Assembly (NCBI GenBank): GCA_965237415.1
Contig: CBDEFM010000002.1
Coordinates: 3,136,001-3,200,000, forward strand
Direction of reading: 5' to 3'
DNA: 64,000 nt
Source of the DNA: Alphaproteobacteria bacterium
Lineage (GTDB): Bacteria > Pseudomonadota > Alphaproteobacteria > UBA828
A program made the position numbers and the translations under genes. Below, in pieces: positions 38,793 through 49,008 of the stretch. Within the stretch, counting starts at the first letter, position 1. The number at the start of each line of letters is the position of its first letter. The notes beneath the pieces were generated by a model, which worked only from the letters and a program-made list of their open reading frames with translations, made no database searches and was not told the DNA's origin.

Positions 38793-39232
38793 AGCGCAAG
38801 CACTGGCGGTTGGTCTTTCTGGGCGGGGGGCTCGGCGCGCTCGGCCTCGCTGCGGGCCTGGTGCTGACCGCACTCGACGACACGCTCGTCTTCTTCCATG
38901 ACCCGAGCACGCTCAAGGAACGGCAATTCTCTCCCGAGCAGCGGCTGCGCGTGGGCGGTCTGGTGGAGGAGAACAGCGTGGTGAGGGCCGACGACGGCTT
39001 GACGGTGCGGTTCACCGTCACCGACCTCGCCCATACCGTGCCCGTCACCTATCGCGGTATTCTGCCCGACCTGTTTCGCGAGGGGCAGGGGGTGGTGGCC
39101 GAGGGCTATCTGAAGGGCGGCACCTTCGAGGCCGACGAGGTGCTCGCCAAGCACGACGAGAACTACATGCCGCGCGAGGTGGCGGACGCGCTCAGGAAGT
39201 CCGGCAACTGGAAGGGCGAAGGCACCGAATGA
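38789..39232 (+). CDS. ccmE: Heme chaperone CcmE
   Basis: LPDLFREGQG, LAKHDENYMP. Confidence 0.97.
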   Translation: MKRKHWRLVFLGGGLGALGLAAGLVLTALDDTLVFFHDPSTLKERQFSPEQRLRVGGLVEENSVVRADDGLTVRFTVTDLAHTVPVTYRGILPDLFREGQGVVAEGYLKGGTFEADEVLAKHDENYMPREVADALRKSGNWKGEGTE

Positions 39233-41223
39233 TCCCGGAGATCGGCCATTACGCCCTGATCCTCGCGCTGGCCATGGCGCTCGTGCAGGCCACAGCGGCG
39301 CCGCTCGGCGCAAGGTTCCGCGACGGCGCCCTGATGGCGCTGGCCCGGCCGGCTGCGGTGGCGCAGTTCGTCTTCATCTCGGCCGCGCTGGCCTGCCTGA
39401 TGCAGGCCTTCGTCGTCTCCGACTTCTCGGTCGTGACGGTCGCCGACAACTCCCACTCGGCCAAGCCGCTGCTCTACAAGTTCACCGGCACCTGGGGCAA
39501 TCACGAAGGCTCGATGCTGCTCTGGGTCTGGATTCTCGCGGTCTACGGCGCCGCCGTGGCGGCCTTCGGGCGCAACCTGCCGTCGGTGTTCCGGGCCTGG
39601 GTGCTGGCTGTGCAGGCCCTGATCGGTCTCGGCTTCCTGGTCTTCATTGTCGCCACCTCCAACCCCTTCCTCAGGCTCGACCCCGCGCCGTTCGACGGGC
39701 GCGACCTCAACCCGCTGCTGCAGGATCCCGGCCTCGCATTCCACCCGCCGCTGCTCTATCTCGGCTATGTCGGGCTTTCGACGGCGTTCTCCTTCGCCGT
39801 GGCGGCGCTGATCGAAGGCCGGGTGAACGCGGCCTGGGCGCGCTGGGTCAGGCCGTGGACGCTGCTCTCCTGGTGCGCGCTGACGGCGGGTATCGCGTTG
39901 GGTTCCTGGTGGGCCTATTACGAGCTCGGCTGGGGCGGGTACTGGTTCTGGGATCCGGTCGAGAACGCCTCCTTCATGCCCTGGCTGATGGCGACAGCGC
40001 TGCTGCACTCGTCCATCGTGGCGGAGAAGCGGGACAGCCTGAAGAGCTGGACCGTGCTGCTCGCGATCCTCGGCTTCTCGCTCAGCCTGCTGGGCACCTT
40101 CCTGGTGCGCTCCGGCGTGTTGACCTCGGTGCACAGCTTCGCCTCCGACCCGGCGCGCGGGGTCTACATCCTGATGTTCCTGGTGATCGTCGTCGGCGGC
40201 TCGCTCACGCTCTACGCCTGGCGCGCGCCGGGGATGCGGGCCGGCGGCTCGTTCCGCCCGTTCTCGCGCGAAGGCTCGCTCTTGGCCAACAATCTGCTGC
40301 TGGCCGTCGGCTGCGCCACGGTCTTCATCGGCACGCTCTATCCGCTGATTCTCGACGCCGTCGCCGGACAGAAGGTCTCGGTCGGCCCGCCCTTCTTCGA
40401 ATCGACCTTCGTGCCGCTGATGATCCCGCTCCTCCTGATGATGGCGGTAGGGCCGTTGATGGCCTGGAAGCGCGCCGGACCCGGCGCCGTGCTCCCGCGT
40501 CTTGCGATCTCGCTCGCCGCTGCCATCGCGGTGGCGGCGGCGGTCGCGGCGTCAGGCGGCGGGCCATGGGGCGCGGTGCTCGGCATGGCGCTCGCCGGCT
40601 GGGTGGTCGCGGGCGTGCTGACGGAGCTGGCCGAGCGCGTGCGGCTCTTCCGGGTTCCGCCCGGCGAGAGCATGCGCCGCGCCATCGGCCTGCCGCGCGC
40701 GGCCTGGGCGATGAGCATCGCCCATCTCGGCGTCGCGGTGCTGGTGGTCGGCACGGTGGGCGCCGGCAACTGGCAGTCTGAGCGGGAGCAGGTGATACGG
40801 CCGGGTGAGTCGCTCGCCCTTGCGGGCTACGATTTTCAGCTGCAGAGCATCGGCGACGTGCCCGGCCCCAACTATATTGCCCGGCGGGGCGAGGTCCGGG
40901 TCCTGCGGGACGGGGAGGAGGTCGCGCTCCTGCTGCCCGAGCGCCGCCACTATCCGGTCCAGGACACCTGGACCACCGAGGCCGCGATCCACACGACCTG
41001 GCTCAGCGATCTCTATGTCGTCGTCGGCGAGGATGCACCCGGCGGCGGCACGGCAATCCGCATCCATCACAACCCGCTCGTACCCTGGATCTGGATCGGC
41101 GCGTTGACCATGGTGGCGGGCGGCGCCGTCTCGCTCACCGACCGCCGCCACCGTGTCGGCGCACCCACCCGTCGCCGCCGGACGGCAGAGGCCACCGTCG
41201 CTTCTGTCGGTGCAAGCGACTGA
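39229..41223 (+). CDS. ccmF: Cytochrome c heme lyase CcmF
   Basis: WGNHEGS, HPPLLYLGY, WGGYWFWDPVEN, SVHSF. Confidence 0.97.
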   Translation: MIPEIGHYALILALAMALVQATAAPLGARFRDGALMALARPAAVAQFVFISAALACLMQAFVVSDFSVVTVADNSHSAKPLLYKFTGTWGNHEGSMLLWVWILAVYGAAVAAFGRNLPSVFRAWVLAVQALIGLGFLVFIVATSNPFLRLDPAPFDGRDLNPLLQDPGLAFHPPLLYLGYVGLSTAFSFAVAALIEGRVNAAWARWVRPWTLLSWCALTAGIALGSWWAYYELGWGGYWFWDPVENASFMPWLMATALLHSSIVAEKRDSLKSWTVLLAILGFSLSLLGTFLVRSGVLTSVHSFASDPARGVYILMFLVIVVGGSLTLYAWRAPGMRAGGSFRPFSREGSLLANNLLLAVGCATVFIGTLYPLILDAVAGQKVSVGPPFFESTFVPLMIPLLLMMAVGPLMAWKRAGPGAVLPRLAISLAAAIAVAAAVAASGGGPWGAVLGMALAGWVVAGVLTELAERVRLFRVPPGESMRRAIGLPRAAWAMSIAHLGVAVLVVGTVGAGNWQSEREQVIRPGESLALAGYDFQLQSIGDVPGPNYIARRGEVRVLRDGEEVALLLPERRHYPVQDTWTTEAAIHTTWLSDLYVVVGEDAPGGGTAIRIHHNPLVPWIWIGALTMVAGGAVSLTDRRHRVGAPTRRRRTAEATVASVGASD

Positions 41224-41323
41224 GGGACACGTGTTCGACTTAAGGCTACGTTTCGCATTGTCCCTAGGTCGAGGCCGCCGCCGGGGCGGGTCAACGAGAG
41301 ATACCGAGGACCGCGCTACCCAG

Positions 41324-41932
41324 GTGCCTACGCAGACGGTCACTCAAGCGCCTCTGGATGAGCATGCGGGGGATAAGCCGGTCTCCGCCGCCAGGCGGCT
41401 CCGCTATCTCCTGCCGGTGTTCCTCTTCGTCGCCCTGGCCGCCGCGCTCGGCGTTCAGTTGCTCACCGGCGATCCCGGCAAGGTGCCGTCCGCGCTGATA
41501 GACAAGCCGGTGCCCGAATTCGCCCTCCCGCCGGTTCAGGGCTTCGAGGAGGCGGGTGGGTTCGCGACCGCCGATCTGGGGAAAGGCAAGATCGCGCTCG
41601 TCAACATCTTCGCCTCCTGGTGCGGCCCATGCCGGGTCGAGCATCCGCTGCTCATGGTGCTCGCCGAGGCCGGGACGGTCCCCCTCTACGGCATTAACTA
41701 TAAAGACACGCCGGACGACGCCGAGCGCTGGCTGGGCCGTCTCGGCAATCCCTACACGCTCATGGGCGCCGATCTGGACGGCCGCACGGGCATCGAGTGG
41801 GGCGTCTACGGGGTGCCCGAAACCTTCGTGGTGGATGGCACCGGGCGCATCCGCCACCGCCATGTCGGGGTGCTGACGCCGCAGGACATCGACGACACGA
41901 TCCTGCCGCTGATCGAGGACCTGCGCGGATGA
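41324..41932 (+). CDS. ccmG: Thiol:disulfide oxidoreductase CcmG/DsbE (start uncertain)
   Basis: FASWCGPCRVEHP, GVYGVPETF. Confidence 0.92.
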   Translation: MPTQTVTQAPLDEHAGDKPVSAARRLRYLLPVFLFVALAAALGVQLLTGDPGKVPSALIDKPVPEFALPPVQGFEEAGGFATADLGKGKIALVNIFASWCGPCRVEHPLLMVLAEAGTVPLYGINYKDTPDDAERWLGRLGNPYTLMGADLDGRTGIEWGVYGVPETFVVDGTGRIRHRHVGVLTPQDIDDTILPLIEDLRG

Positions 41933-42417
41933 GGGCCGCGGCACGGGCCGTGCTGGGCGGATTCTTTGCGCTCTGGCTGGTGCTCGCGGCGGGCCCTGGC
42001 CTGGCCTTCTCGCCCGACGAGCCGCTCGCCGACCCGGCGCTCGAGGTGCGCGCCCGCACGCTCCATGAGGAGCTTCGCTGCCTGGTGTGCCAGGGCCAGT
42101 CGATCGCCAATTCCAACGCGGCGCTCGCTCAGGACATGCGTGCCATCGTCCGCGAGCGCCTCGCTGCCGGCGAGAGCGACGCGGACGTGCGGGGCTTCCT
42201 CACCGACCGCTATGGCGATTACGTCCTGCTCGACCCGCCGGTGAAGCCCGAGACCTATGCGCTCTGGTTCGGACCGGCGGCCGTTTTCGTCGCCGGCGCC
42301 GCTATCGCCTACGCCCTGTTGCGCCGCGCGAGGGCCAGTGCGCGCGGTGGGGGGGCAACGCCTCTCTCCGCCGAGGAGCGGCGGCGGCTCGACGCGCTCC
42401 TCGACGACGATTCATAA
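41929..42417 (+). CDS. ccmH: Cytochrome c biogenesis CcmH
   Basis: LRCLVCQGQSI, RYGDYVLLDPP. Confidence 0.95.
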   Translation: MRAAARAVLGGFFALWLVLAAGPGLAFSPDEPLADPALEVRARTLHEELRCLVCQGQSIANSNAALAQDMRAIVRERLAAGESDADVRGFLTDRYGDYVLLDPPVKPETYALWFGPAAVFVAGAAIAYALLRRARASARGGGATPLSAEERRRLDALLDDDS

Positions 42418-42428
42418 CCGAGCAGCCG

Positions 42429-43844
42429 ATGATCTTCGCGCTTGCCGCCGCCCTGCTGACGGCGCTTGCCGTCGCGGCGGTGCTGATCCCCGTGCTGCGC
42501 CGGCACCGCCAGGGCCCGTCGCGGGCGGACTACGACCTCACCGTTTACCGCGAGCAGCTCCGCGAGCTCGAGAGCGACCGCGCCCGCGGGCTCGTCAGCG
42601 AGGACCAGGAGGAGGCGGCGCGCACCGAGATCGAGCGGCGCATGCTGCGTGCGGCACGGGCGCGGGAAGCGGCGCAGACGACGGAAGCGGCGGAGGCACC
42701 CGAGCCACCGGATGCACCGGCGCGCGGGCCGACGGCATGGCGGCGGCGGGCGGCAGCGCTGGGGCTCGGCCTCTGCATCCCGGCCCTTGCCGCCGGTGTC
42801 TATGCAAGCCTCGGCACCCCCGGGCTGCCGGGCCGGCCCTTCGCCGAGATCGAGCGGCCGGTCGAAGAGCCGGCGGCGGCTGCGGCCTTTCGCGAGCCGG
42901 TCGAGCGCCTCGCGGCGCGGCTGCAGAGCGATCCCGGCAATCTCGAAGGCTGGCTCTTGCTCGGCCGCTCCTACGTGGTTCTGCAGCGCTACCCCGAGGC
43001 GGCCGACGCGCTGCGGCAGGCGGCCGCGCTTTCCGGCGGCGATCCCGAGGTGCTGGGGATGCTGGGCGAGGCGATCGTCTGGGCCAACGGCGGGGTAGTG
43101 GTGCCCGAGGCGGTCCGCGTCTTTCGCCAGGTCCTCGAAACGCAGCCGGATGACCCGGCTACTCGCTTTCATCTGGCGCTTGCCCGCGCGCAGGCCGGGG
43201 AGGTGCGGGAAGCCTACGAGATCTGGCTCGCACTCGCCGCCGATACACCGGCCGACGCCGCCTGGCGCGGCGATCTGGAAGCACTTATTGGGCAGTCTGC
43301 CGAGGTGCTCGGGATCGAGCCGGGGTCGGTGCCGAGCGGGCCGTCGCTCGTCGAAGCGCCGCCCGGTCCGACGGCCGACGATGTGGCGGCGGCCGCCGGG
43401 ATGTCGCTGGACGAGCGCATGGAGATGATCCGCACCATGGTGGAGGGCCTCGCCGCGCGGCTCGAGGAGAACCCGGACGACGCGCAAGGTTGGCGCCGTC
43501 TCGCCCGCTCCTACGCCGTGCTCGGCGAGCCCGAGAAGGTGCTCGACACGCTGCGCCGGGCGGTGGCGTTGGCTCCCGACGATCTCGCGACGCTTCACGC
43601 CTATGCGCGTGCTCTCGCCGGCGATATCGGAGCGAACTCGCCGCCGCCGGCGGCTGTCGCAGTCTATGAGCGAATCCTCGCGCTCGATCCCGCCGATGGG
43701 GCGGCACTCTGGTTCGTCGGGCTCGCGGCGGCGGAGCGCGGCGATGCGGCCGCCGCGCGTATCCATTGGGAGCGCCTCCTGCCTCTGCTCGCACCGGGCA
43801 CGGAAGAACACGAGGCGGTCCGGGCCGCGCTCGACAGTCTCTAG
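42429..43844 (+). CDS. ccmI: Cytochrome c biogenesis TPR protein CcmI/CycH
   Basis: VYREQLRELESD, TPR repeats GWLLLGRSY / GWRRLARSY, MVEGLAARL. Confidence 0.9.
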   Translation: MIFALAAALLTALAVAAVLIPVLRRHRQGPSRADYDLTVYREQLRELESDRARGLVSEDQEEAARTEIERRMLRAARAREAAQTTEAAEAPEPPDAPARGPTAWRRRAAALGLGLCIPALAAGVYASLGTPGLPGRPFAEIERPVEEPAAAAAFREPVERLAARLQSDPGNLEGWLLLGRSYVVLQRYPEAADALRQAAALSGGDPEVLGMLGEAIVWANGGVVVPEAVRVFRQVLETQPDDPATRFHLALARAQAGEVREAYEIWLALAADTPADAAWRGDLEALIGQSAEVLGIEPGSVPSGPSLVEAPPGPTADDVAAAAGMSLDERMEMIRTMVEGLAARLEENPDDAQGWRRLARSYAVLGEPEKVLDTLRRAVALAPDDLATLHAYARALAGDIGANSPPPAAVAVYERILALDPADGAALWFVGLAAAERGDAAAARIHWERLLPLLAPGTEEHEAVRAALDSL

Positions 43845-43866
43845 CCCGGATTTCTCGCCACGGTCA
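43844..43866 (+). repeat. End remnant of the palindromic repeat fused to the ccmI stop codon
   Basis: TA+GCCCGGATTTCTCGCCACGGTCA differs by one base from the reverse complement of the copy-1 right end. Confidence 0.75.
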
Positions 43867-44510
43867 GCCACCTCGAGTCGGAGAATGCCGAACTCCGCTC
43901 CCAGATTGAGGATCTGAGGCAGGAGGTGGAGATCCTCAAGAACATGGTGGTCCAGCAAGGCAACAAGATGATGGAGATGGAGGAGCCTGCGACACCGCCC
44001 AAGATGGTGACCTCCGGCAAGGACAAAGTGAGTCTCTCTGTCTATGGCCAGGTCAACCGGATGCTGCTCAACGCCAGCGACGGCAGCGACAGCCGCCTCT
44101 TCCACGCGGACAACGACATGTCGTCGACCCGCGTGGGCTTCAAGGGCAAAGCCAAGATGGACGGCGGGTGGTCGGCCGGCACGACCATAGAAGCGCAGAT
44201 GGAATCGAACTCGTCGGCCAAGGTGCACCTGGGGGACGACGGGGACGACAGCGCGAGGTTCAGTTACGCCAAGTTGGGGCAGAAGCTCGACATCAACCCC
44301 GCAGGGAGAACGGCGCTCTCGGTCGGGTTCATGAACGCCGAGAACGCAGACGGCGATAGCGGCAGCTATTACGATGTGGCCGTCGTGCAGAAGCTCAAAG
44401 GCATCGGCGCCGAGGTCTACGCCCTTTAGGGGGTCTACGACGCCAGCATCGTGGACACCTCGACCAGCAACGTCACAGTCACCGGCGTCGGCACCCGCAT
44501 CAAGTTCTGA
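43867..44510 (+). pseudogene. Porin remnant (no signal peptide, internal deletion, in-frame TAG at 44427)
   Basis: Coiled-coil N-part, SLSVYGQVNR..DNDMSSTRVGFKG, frame continues past TAG to ...GVGTRIKF* (terminal Phe). Confidence 0.75.
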
Positions 44511-44558
44511 TCGCAGGGCAAAGACCGGCTCTTGGCAAGAGGCGGCATAGGAGGACAA

Positions 44559-44587
44559 GGGGGCGGCCGCATCATGCGGCCGCCCCC
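44559..44587. terminator. GC hairpin between convergent genes
   Basis: GGGGGCGGCCGCAT-C-ATGCGGCCGCCCCC; no U-tract. Confidence 0.5.
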
Positions 44588-44623
44588 GGCGCATTCATAG
44601 GGTAGGGCCACAAAGCCAGGCGG

Positions 44624-45192
44624 CTAAACGCCCATGAAGCTGATCCAGCCGGTGACGATGTACTTCTCTTCGCGCGGCGCCACCTCGCCCCGGTGGGTGT
44701 GGGTGAAGCCCGCCGGCCAGATCACCGTCTTGCCCTTGGCCGGCGGGACGAGGTGCTCCTGAAAGGTGAAGTACGTGCCGCCGCCCTGGGCGATGTCGTT
44801 GAGGAAGGTCTGGAAGGCGAGCACCCGGTGGCCGAGGTCGAGGCCGCTGCTCTCATAGTGGGCGCCGTGGAAGGCGCCGCCGGGTAATACTGCATCTGCG
44901 GCGGCTCCAGGAAGCCGAGCTTGTCGGAGGCCTCGCCCAGCACCGGGAATGCCCGCAGGTAGTCGCCGAGGCAGGCCATGACGTGGCCGCGATAGGCGCG
45001 CACCGTCTTGGCATAGACCTCGTAGGGGAAGCAGGTGAGGCTCGCGTCCTCGGAGTCCTTCCACGACTTGTCGACGCCCTTGGCGCTCGTCCCCGGGCGG
45101 GTGAAGCCGAGCCGGCGCGTTCGCTTGAAGCCCTTGATCAGCTCGTCGCAGAGCGCGGGCTTCTCGATCTTGTATTCCCTGATCCAGCGCAT
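44624..45192 (-). pseudogene. 2OG-Fe(II) oxygenase (prolyl-hydroxylase-like), frameshift near 44880
   Basis: KDSED...QMQYYP in one frame, then GGAFHGAHYE..RVLAFQTFLND..GGGTYF..IWPAGFTHTHRG..KYIVTGW in another. Confidence 0.8.
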
Positions 45193-45417
45193 CGCCGGGT
45201 GTTGCCTCCCTGCACGGTGAATCGCGCCCGCATCGCTGCCGCTATGCACGCGTGACCGGGTATTCTAATTCCATTTGCATGGCGGGCACGCCATGGTTAT
45301 TGTGCGCGCCGCAAAGGGAGTGTCTACAAGCACCGCGCCCGCGCGGTGCTTCAACCTTGGACAAACGATGAGAATCGGGTCCGGCTGTCTCGGCCCGGTG
45401 CTGAAGGGAGGGTGCGC

Positions 45418-47031
45418 ATGTCGCATACCGACAGGAAAGAAGAGTTAAAGAAGGAACTGTATCGGCTCTGGTCGATGCACGCGGACCGCAAGAACTACAA
45501 CGTCTCGCGCCGCGACCTGATCAAGGGCATGGCTGGCCTCGGGCTCGGTGCGGGCGCGATCAAGATGTTGATGAACCAGGCGCCCTTCAGCGTGAGGGAG
45601 GCCTGGGCGGCCGAGGGCGCCACGCCTGAGGAGCGTGCCATCAACGGTGCCAAGGCGCTCTTCGCCGATGCGCCGAAGAAGACCATCAGCGTCATGTATC
45701 CGTCGGGGTCCGGCGGTAACCTGTCGCCCTTCACCGAGGAGTGGAAGGGCCTCACCGGCTTCGACGTCGAGCTGATCGAGGTGCCGGTCACCGAGACCCA
45801 CCAGAAGGCGATGCAGGAAGCGGTGGCCAAGACCGGCCGCTACGACATCATGATCCCGGCGCCGCTGAGCCTTGCGGACCTCGCCGAGTCTGGCGTGGCG
45901 CGGCCCCTCGACGACTTCATGGACAAGTACGATCCCGAGGTCTACTCAGGGCCCAACAAACTCCAGTTCCCGGTGTCCGAATTCGGGCAGAAGTATAAGG
46001 GCAAGACTTACGGGCTCTATTGCGACGGCGACTGGTGGCACCTGAGCTACCGCAAGGACAAGCTCGCCGAGAAGGGCTTGGCGGTGAAGTCGAAGCGGGA
46101 GATGGTCCATACCTGGACCGAGTACGACGCGCTTTGCGCCGAGATGCACGATCCGGACAACAACTTCTACGGCGCCCTCGAGTACCGCTCGCCGTTCTGG
46201 AACAAGTTCCACTGGATGACGCGGGTCCAGTCGAAGGGCCACTTCTACTTCGACGAGGACATGAACTCGATGGCCGGCTCGGAGCAGAGCATAGAGACGC
46301 TCAAGGAGCTGATCGCGCTGCAGGACATCATGCCGGCCGAGCAGTTCACCTACGGCTTCACTGAGAATTACGCGCAGTACTACGCGCAGGGCCGTGGTTT
46401 CTGTGAGTTCGGTTGGCCGTCGCTCTGGCGTTACAGCAACGACGCGGCGGGCTCGCAGTCGATCATCGCCGCCAAGGGCGAGGACGGCGAGCCTTCGCAG
46501 ACTGCCGTCTCGAAGGTGCCGGGCACCATGCACAACGGCGAGCTCATCCGCTCGTGCATCCATGCCTTCGCCTGGGACTTCGTGGTGAGCAACTACTCGC
46601 CGATCCAGGAAGCCGCCTACTGTTACTCGCAGTGGCTCACCGGACCGACCATGTCGATGCGCTCGATCCCGAACGAGGGTGGCTACTTCGACCCGTGGCG
46701 TGACAACCACTTCTTCGCTCCGTCGGCGGAGTTCTTCGCGTCGTATCCGGGCGATTTCCTGGCGACCCACGCCGAGGCGATCGTGGACGCGGTGCCGGAG
46801 ATTCAGTTGCGCGGCGCGGCGGAGTACCTCAACGCACTCGACATCAATCTGACTGCCTCCTACAACGGCAACAAGTCGCCCGAAGAGGCGATGGCAGACA
46901 CCGCCAAGGAGCAGAACCGCATCACGCGGCGCCTGGGCAAGGCAGAGCAGAAGGAGAGCTGGCACGGCCTGGCCAAGATGTATCCGGAGCCGTTGCAGAA
47001 GCTCGTCGGCGTCGACAAGTGGGTTCTGTAG
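45418..47031 (+). CDS. CUT1-type ABC substrate-binding protein, Tat-exported
   Basis: SRRDLIK twin-Arg, GRYDIM, YRKD, TWTEY, SPEEAM; upstream of permeases. Confidence 0.85.
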   Translation: MSHTDRKEELKKELYRLWSMHADRKNYNVSRRDLIKGMAGLGLGAGAIKMLMNQAPFSVREAWAAEGATPEERAINGAKALFADAPKKTISVMYPSGSGGNLSPFTEEWKGLTGFDVELIEVPVTETHQKAMQEAVAKTGRYDIMIPAPLSLADLAESGVARPLDDFMDKYDPEVYSGPNKLQFPVSEFGQKYKGKTYGLYCDGDWWHLSYRKDKLAEKGLAVKSKREMVHTWTEYDALCAEMHDPDNNFYGALEYRSPFWNKFHWMTRVQSKGHFYFDEDMNSMAGSEQSIETLKELIALQDIMPAEQFTYGFTENYAQYYAQGRGFCEFGWPSLWRYSNDAAGSQSIIAAKGEDGEPSQTAVSKVPGTMHNGELIRSCIHAFAWDFVVSNYSPIQEAAYCYSQWLTGPTMSMRSIPNEGGYFDPWRDNHFFAPSAEFFASYPGDFLATHAEAIVDAVPEIQLRGAAEYLNALDINLTASYNGNKSPEEAMADTAKEQNRITRRLGKAEQKESWHGLAKMYPEPLQKLVGVDKWVL

Positions 47032-47066
47032 TCCGACCCTAACAGTACAGGCGGACTGCAGGTACA

Positions 47067-48053
47067 GTGGTTACGAGGACTGCGAACGGCGGCGTGCCCG
47101 TGCGTGCATTGCAGGCGCGGGCACGCCTGTTCGACCCCAACGACAAGCGCTACATCGGCGCGCTCTTCATCACGCCCGTTCAGCTTCTGTTAATTATGAT
47201 GCTGATTTTTCCCTTCGGCCTGGAGTTCTTCGTCGCGCTGACCGAATGGCAGCCGACTTACGGAACCTCCATCTGGCAGGCCGTGGGGTCGGTGTTCTCC
47301 GGCGATACCGAGCTCGGCCTCAACTACTATTATCTGGTGACGGACGAGCCGCGCTTCCTCGAGGCGCTGGGCCGGACGCTCGTCATATCGGTGTTGAGCC
47401 TCTGCCTCGAATTTTTGATCGGGTTAGGGCTCGCCACAATCTTCCTTAAGCAGTTTTGGGGCAAGCGCATCTGGTTCACCGCGCTGCTGACCCCGATGAT
47501 GATCATGCCGGTCGTCGTCGGCTACACCTGGTTCATGCTGTTCCAGTACAGTGGTCCGGTCAATCAGGTGCTCGGCTGGATCGGCGGCACCTCCGCCGGG
47601 GCCGAGCTGCAGTGGCTCAACCACGGCGTGCTGGCCTTCTTCGCCGTGGTCATCACCGAGGTCTGGCACTGGTCGCCGCTGTTCTTCCTGATCCTGCTCT
47701 CGGGCCTCAACGCGGTGCCGGAGAACCCTGTGCGCGCGGCGACCGTGCTCGGCGCCAGCAACTGGCGGATTTTCTGGACCGTCATCATGCCCAACATGCG
47801 GGGCGTCATCATCATCGCCTTCGTGATCCGCGGCATGGAGGTCATCAAGCTCTTCGACGAGATCTATATCCTGACCCGCGGCGGTCCCGGCACGGCGACC
47901 GAGACCATGAGCCTCTACCTCTACAAGCTTGGCTTCCAGGACTTCCGCCTCGCCTACGCGGGGTCGGCGGGCTTCATCGTGCTGGTGATCACCGTGGTGA
48001 TGATCAACATGATGCTGCGGCCGATCCGCTACCAGTTGCTGGAGAAGCGTTAG
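47067..48053 (+). CDS. Carbohydrate ABC permease (MalF-like)
   Basis: EVWHWSPLFFLILLSGL, LGAS loop, TRGGPGTATET. Confidence 0.92.
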   Translation: MVTRTANGGVPVRALQARARLFDPNDKRYIGALFITPVQLLLIMMLIFPFGLEFFVALTEWQPTYGTSIWQAVGSVFSGDTELGLNYYYLVTDEPRFLEALGRTLVISVLSLCLEFLIGLGLATIFLKQFWGKRIWFTALLTPMMIMPVVVGYTWFMLFQYSGPVNQVLGWIGGTSAGAELQWLNHGVLAFFAVVITEVWHWSPLFFLILLSGLNAVPENPVRAATVLGASNWRIFWTVIMPNMRGVIIIAFVIRGMEVIKLFDEIYILTRGGPGTATETMSLYLYKLGFQDFRLAYAGSAGFIVLVITVVMINMMLRPIRYQLLEKR

Positions 48054-49001
48054 ATGGGCGCGAGGAAATTCGGTCCCGGCAGCGCGATCGGGCTTGCCTT
48101 CGGGCTCCTCTTCGCGGTGTTCCCGCTTTTCTGGATGGTGTCCACCTCCTTCAAGCCGTCGAACGAGTGGGTCACGACGCCGCCGGTGTGGGTGTCGGAG
48201 AACGGCACCGTCACCAACTATCTCGTGATTCTCTGGCCGTCCGTCCTGCTCGAGCAGCGGGGAGGTCTCGGACAGTACACGGAGGAAGGCGAGATCAAGG
48301 CGCAGCGCGCCACCCAGTCATCGTCGGTGAGCGGCGCGGTCGCCGACTTCCTGACCAAGTCGGCGTGGCAGTCCATCCGGGGCTCGGTCATCATTTCGGT
48401 GCTCTCGACCATACTGTCCATTGTGGTCGGCTTCATGGCCGCTGTCGCCATCGCGCGATACCGATTCGGCGGCAACGTCACACCCTTCTTCATATTATCG
48501 GGGCGAATGTTCCCGCCCATTGCGATCGCCATCCCCTTCGTCGTGATGTTCAGCGCGCCCGGAATCGAGGCGACCGACACCTACTGGGGGCTGATACTCG
48601 CCTATGCGGCGGTTACCGTGCCCTTCTCCACCTGGATGTTGAAGAGCTTCATCGACGAGCTGCCTCAGGAGATCGAGGAGGCGGCGATGATGGACGGCAT
48701 GTCGCGATGGGAGGCACATATCAGGGTCACGGTGCCGCTCATCAAGGGCGGATTGATTGCGACGGCGCTCTTCATCTTCATCCTCAACTGGAGCGAGTTC
48801 CTGTTCGCGCTGGTGCTGACCTACACCAATGTCGAGACCATCCCGGTCAAGCTCTCCAAGTACTTCAGCGCCACCTCGGGCCAGCAGTACGGCATTCAGG
48901 CGGCGCTCGCGTGCGTCTCTATCGTTCCGCTGGTGATCGTCGGCTTCTTCATCCAGCGGCATCTGGTGCGCGGCCTCACCCTCGGCGCGATCAAGCGTTA
49001 G
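48054..49001 (+). CDS. Carbohydrate ABC permease (MalG-like)
   Basis: EIEEAAMMDGMS, WSEFLFAL, QRHLVRGLTLGAIK. Confidence 0.92.
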   Translation: MGARKFGPGSAIGLAFGLLFAVFPLFWMVSTSFKPSNEWVTTPPVWVSENGTVTNYLVILWPSVLLEQRGGLGQYTEEGEIKAQRATQSSSVSGAVADFLTKSAWQSIRGSVIISVLSTILSIVVGFMAAVAIARYRFGGNVTPFFILSGRMFPPIAIAIPFVVMFSAPGIEATDTYWGLILAYAAVTVPFSTWMLKSFIDELPQEIEEAAMMDGMSRWEAHIRVTVPLIKGGLIATALFIFILNWSEFLFALVLTYTNVETIPVKLSKYFSATSGQQYGIQAALACVSIVPLVIVGFFIQRHLVRGLTLGAIKR

Positions 49002-49008
49002 CGGCACG

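Noticed and set aside
2749-44429. Amber (TAG) recoding suggested by two in-frame TAGs (Rieske, porin)
   Set aside because: Many intact genes (fabD, fabF, yicC, lptG, ccmI) end in TAG at the expected length, no suppressor or pyl genes are seen, and the porin has other lesions
34303-44594. Long antisense/alternate-frame ORFs (e.g. 34303-36414, 42309-44594; likewise 20695-22515, 62100-63752)
   Set aside because: Shadow ORFs of high-GC coding genes with no recognisable motifs
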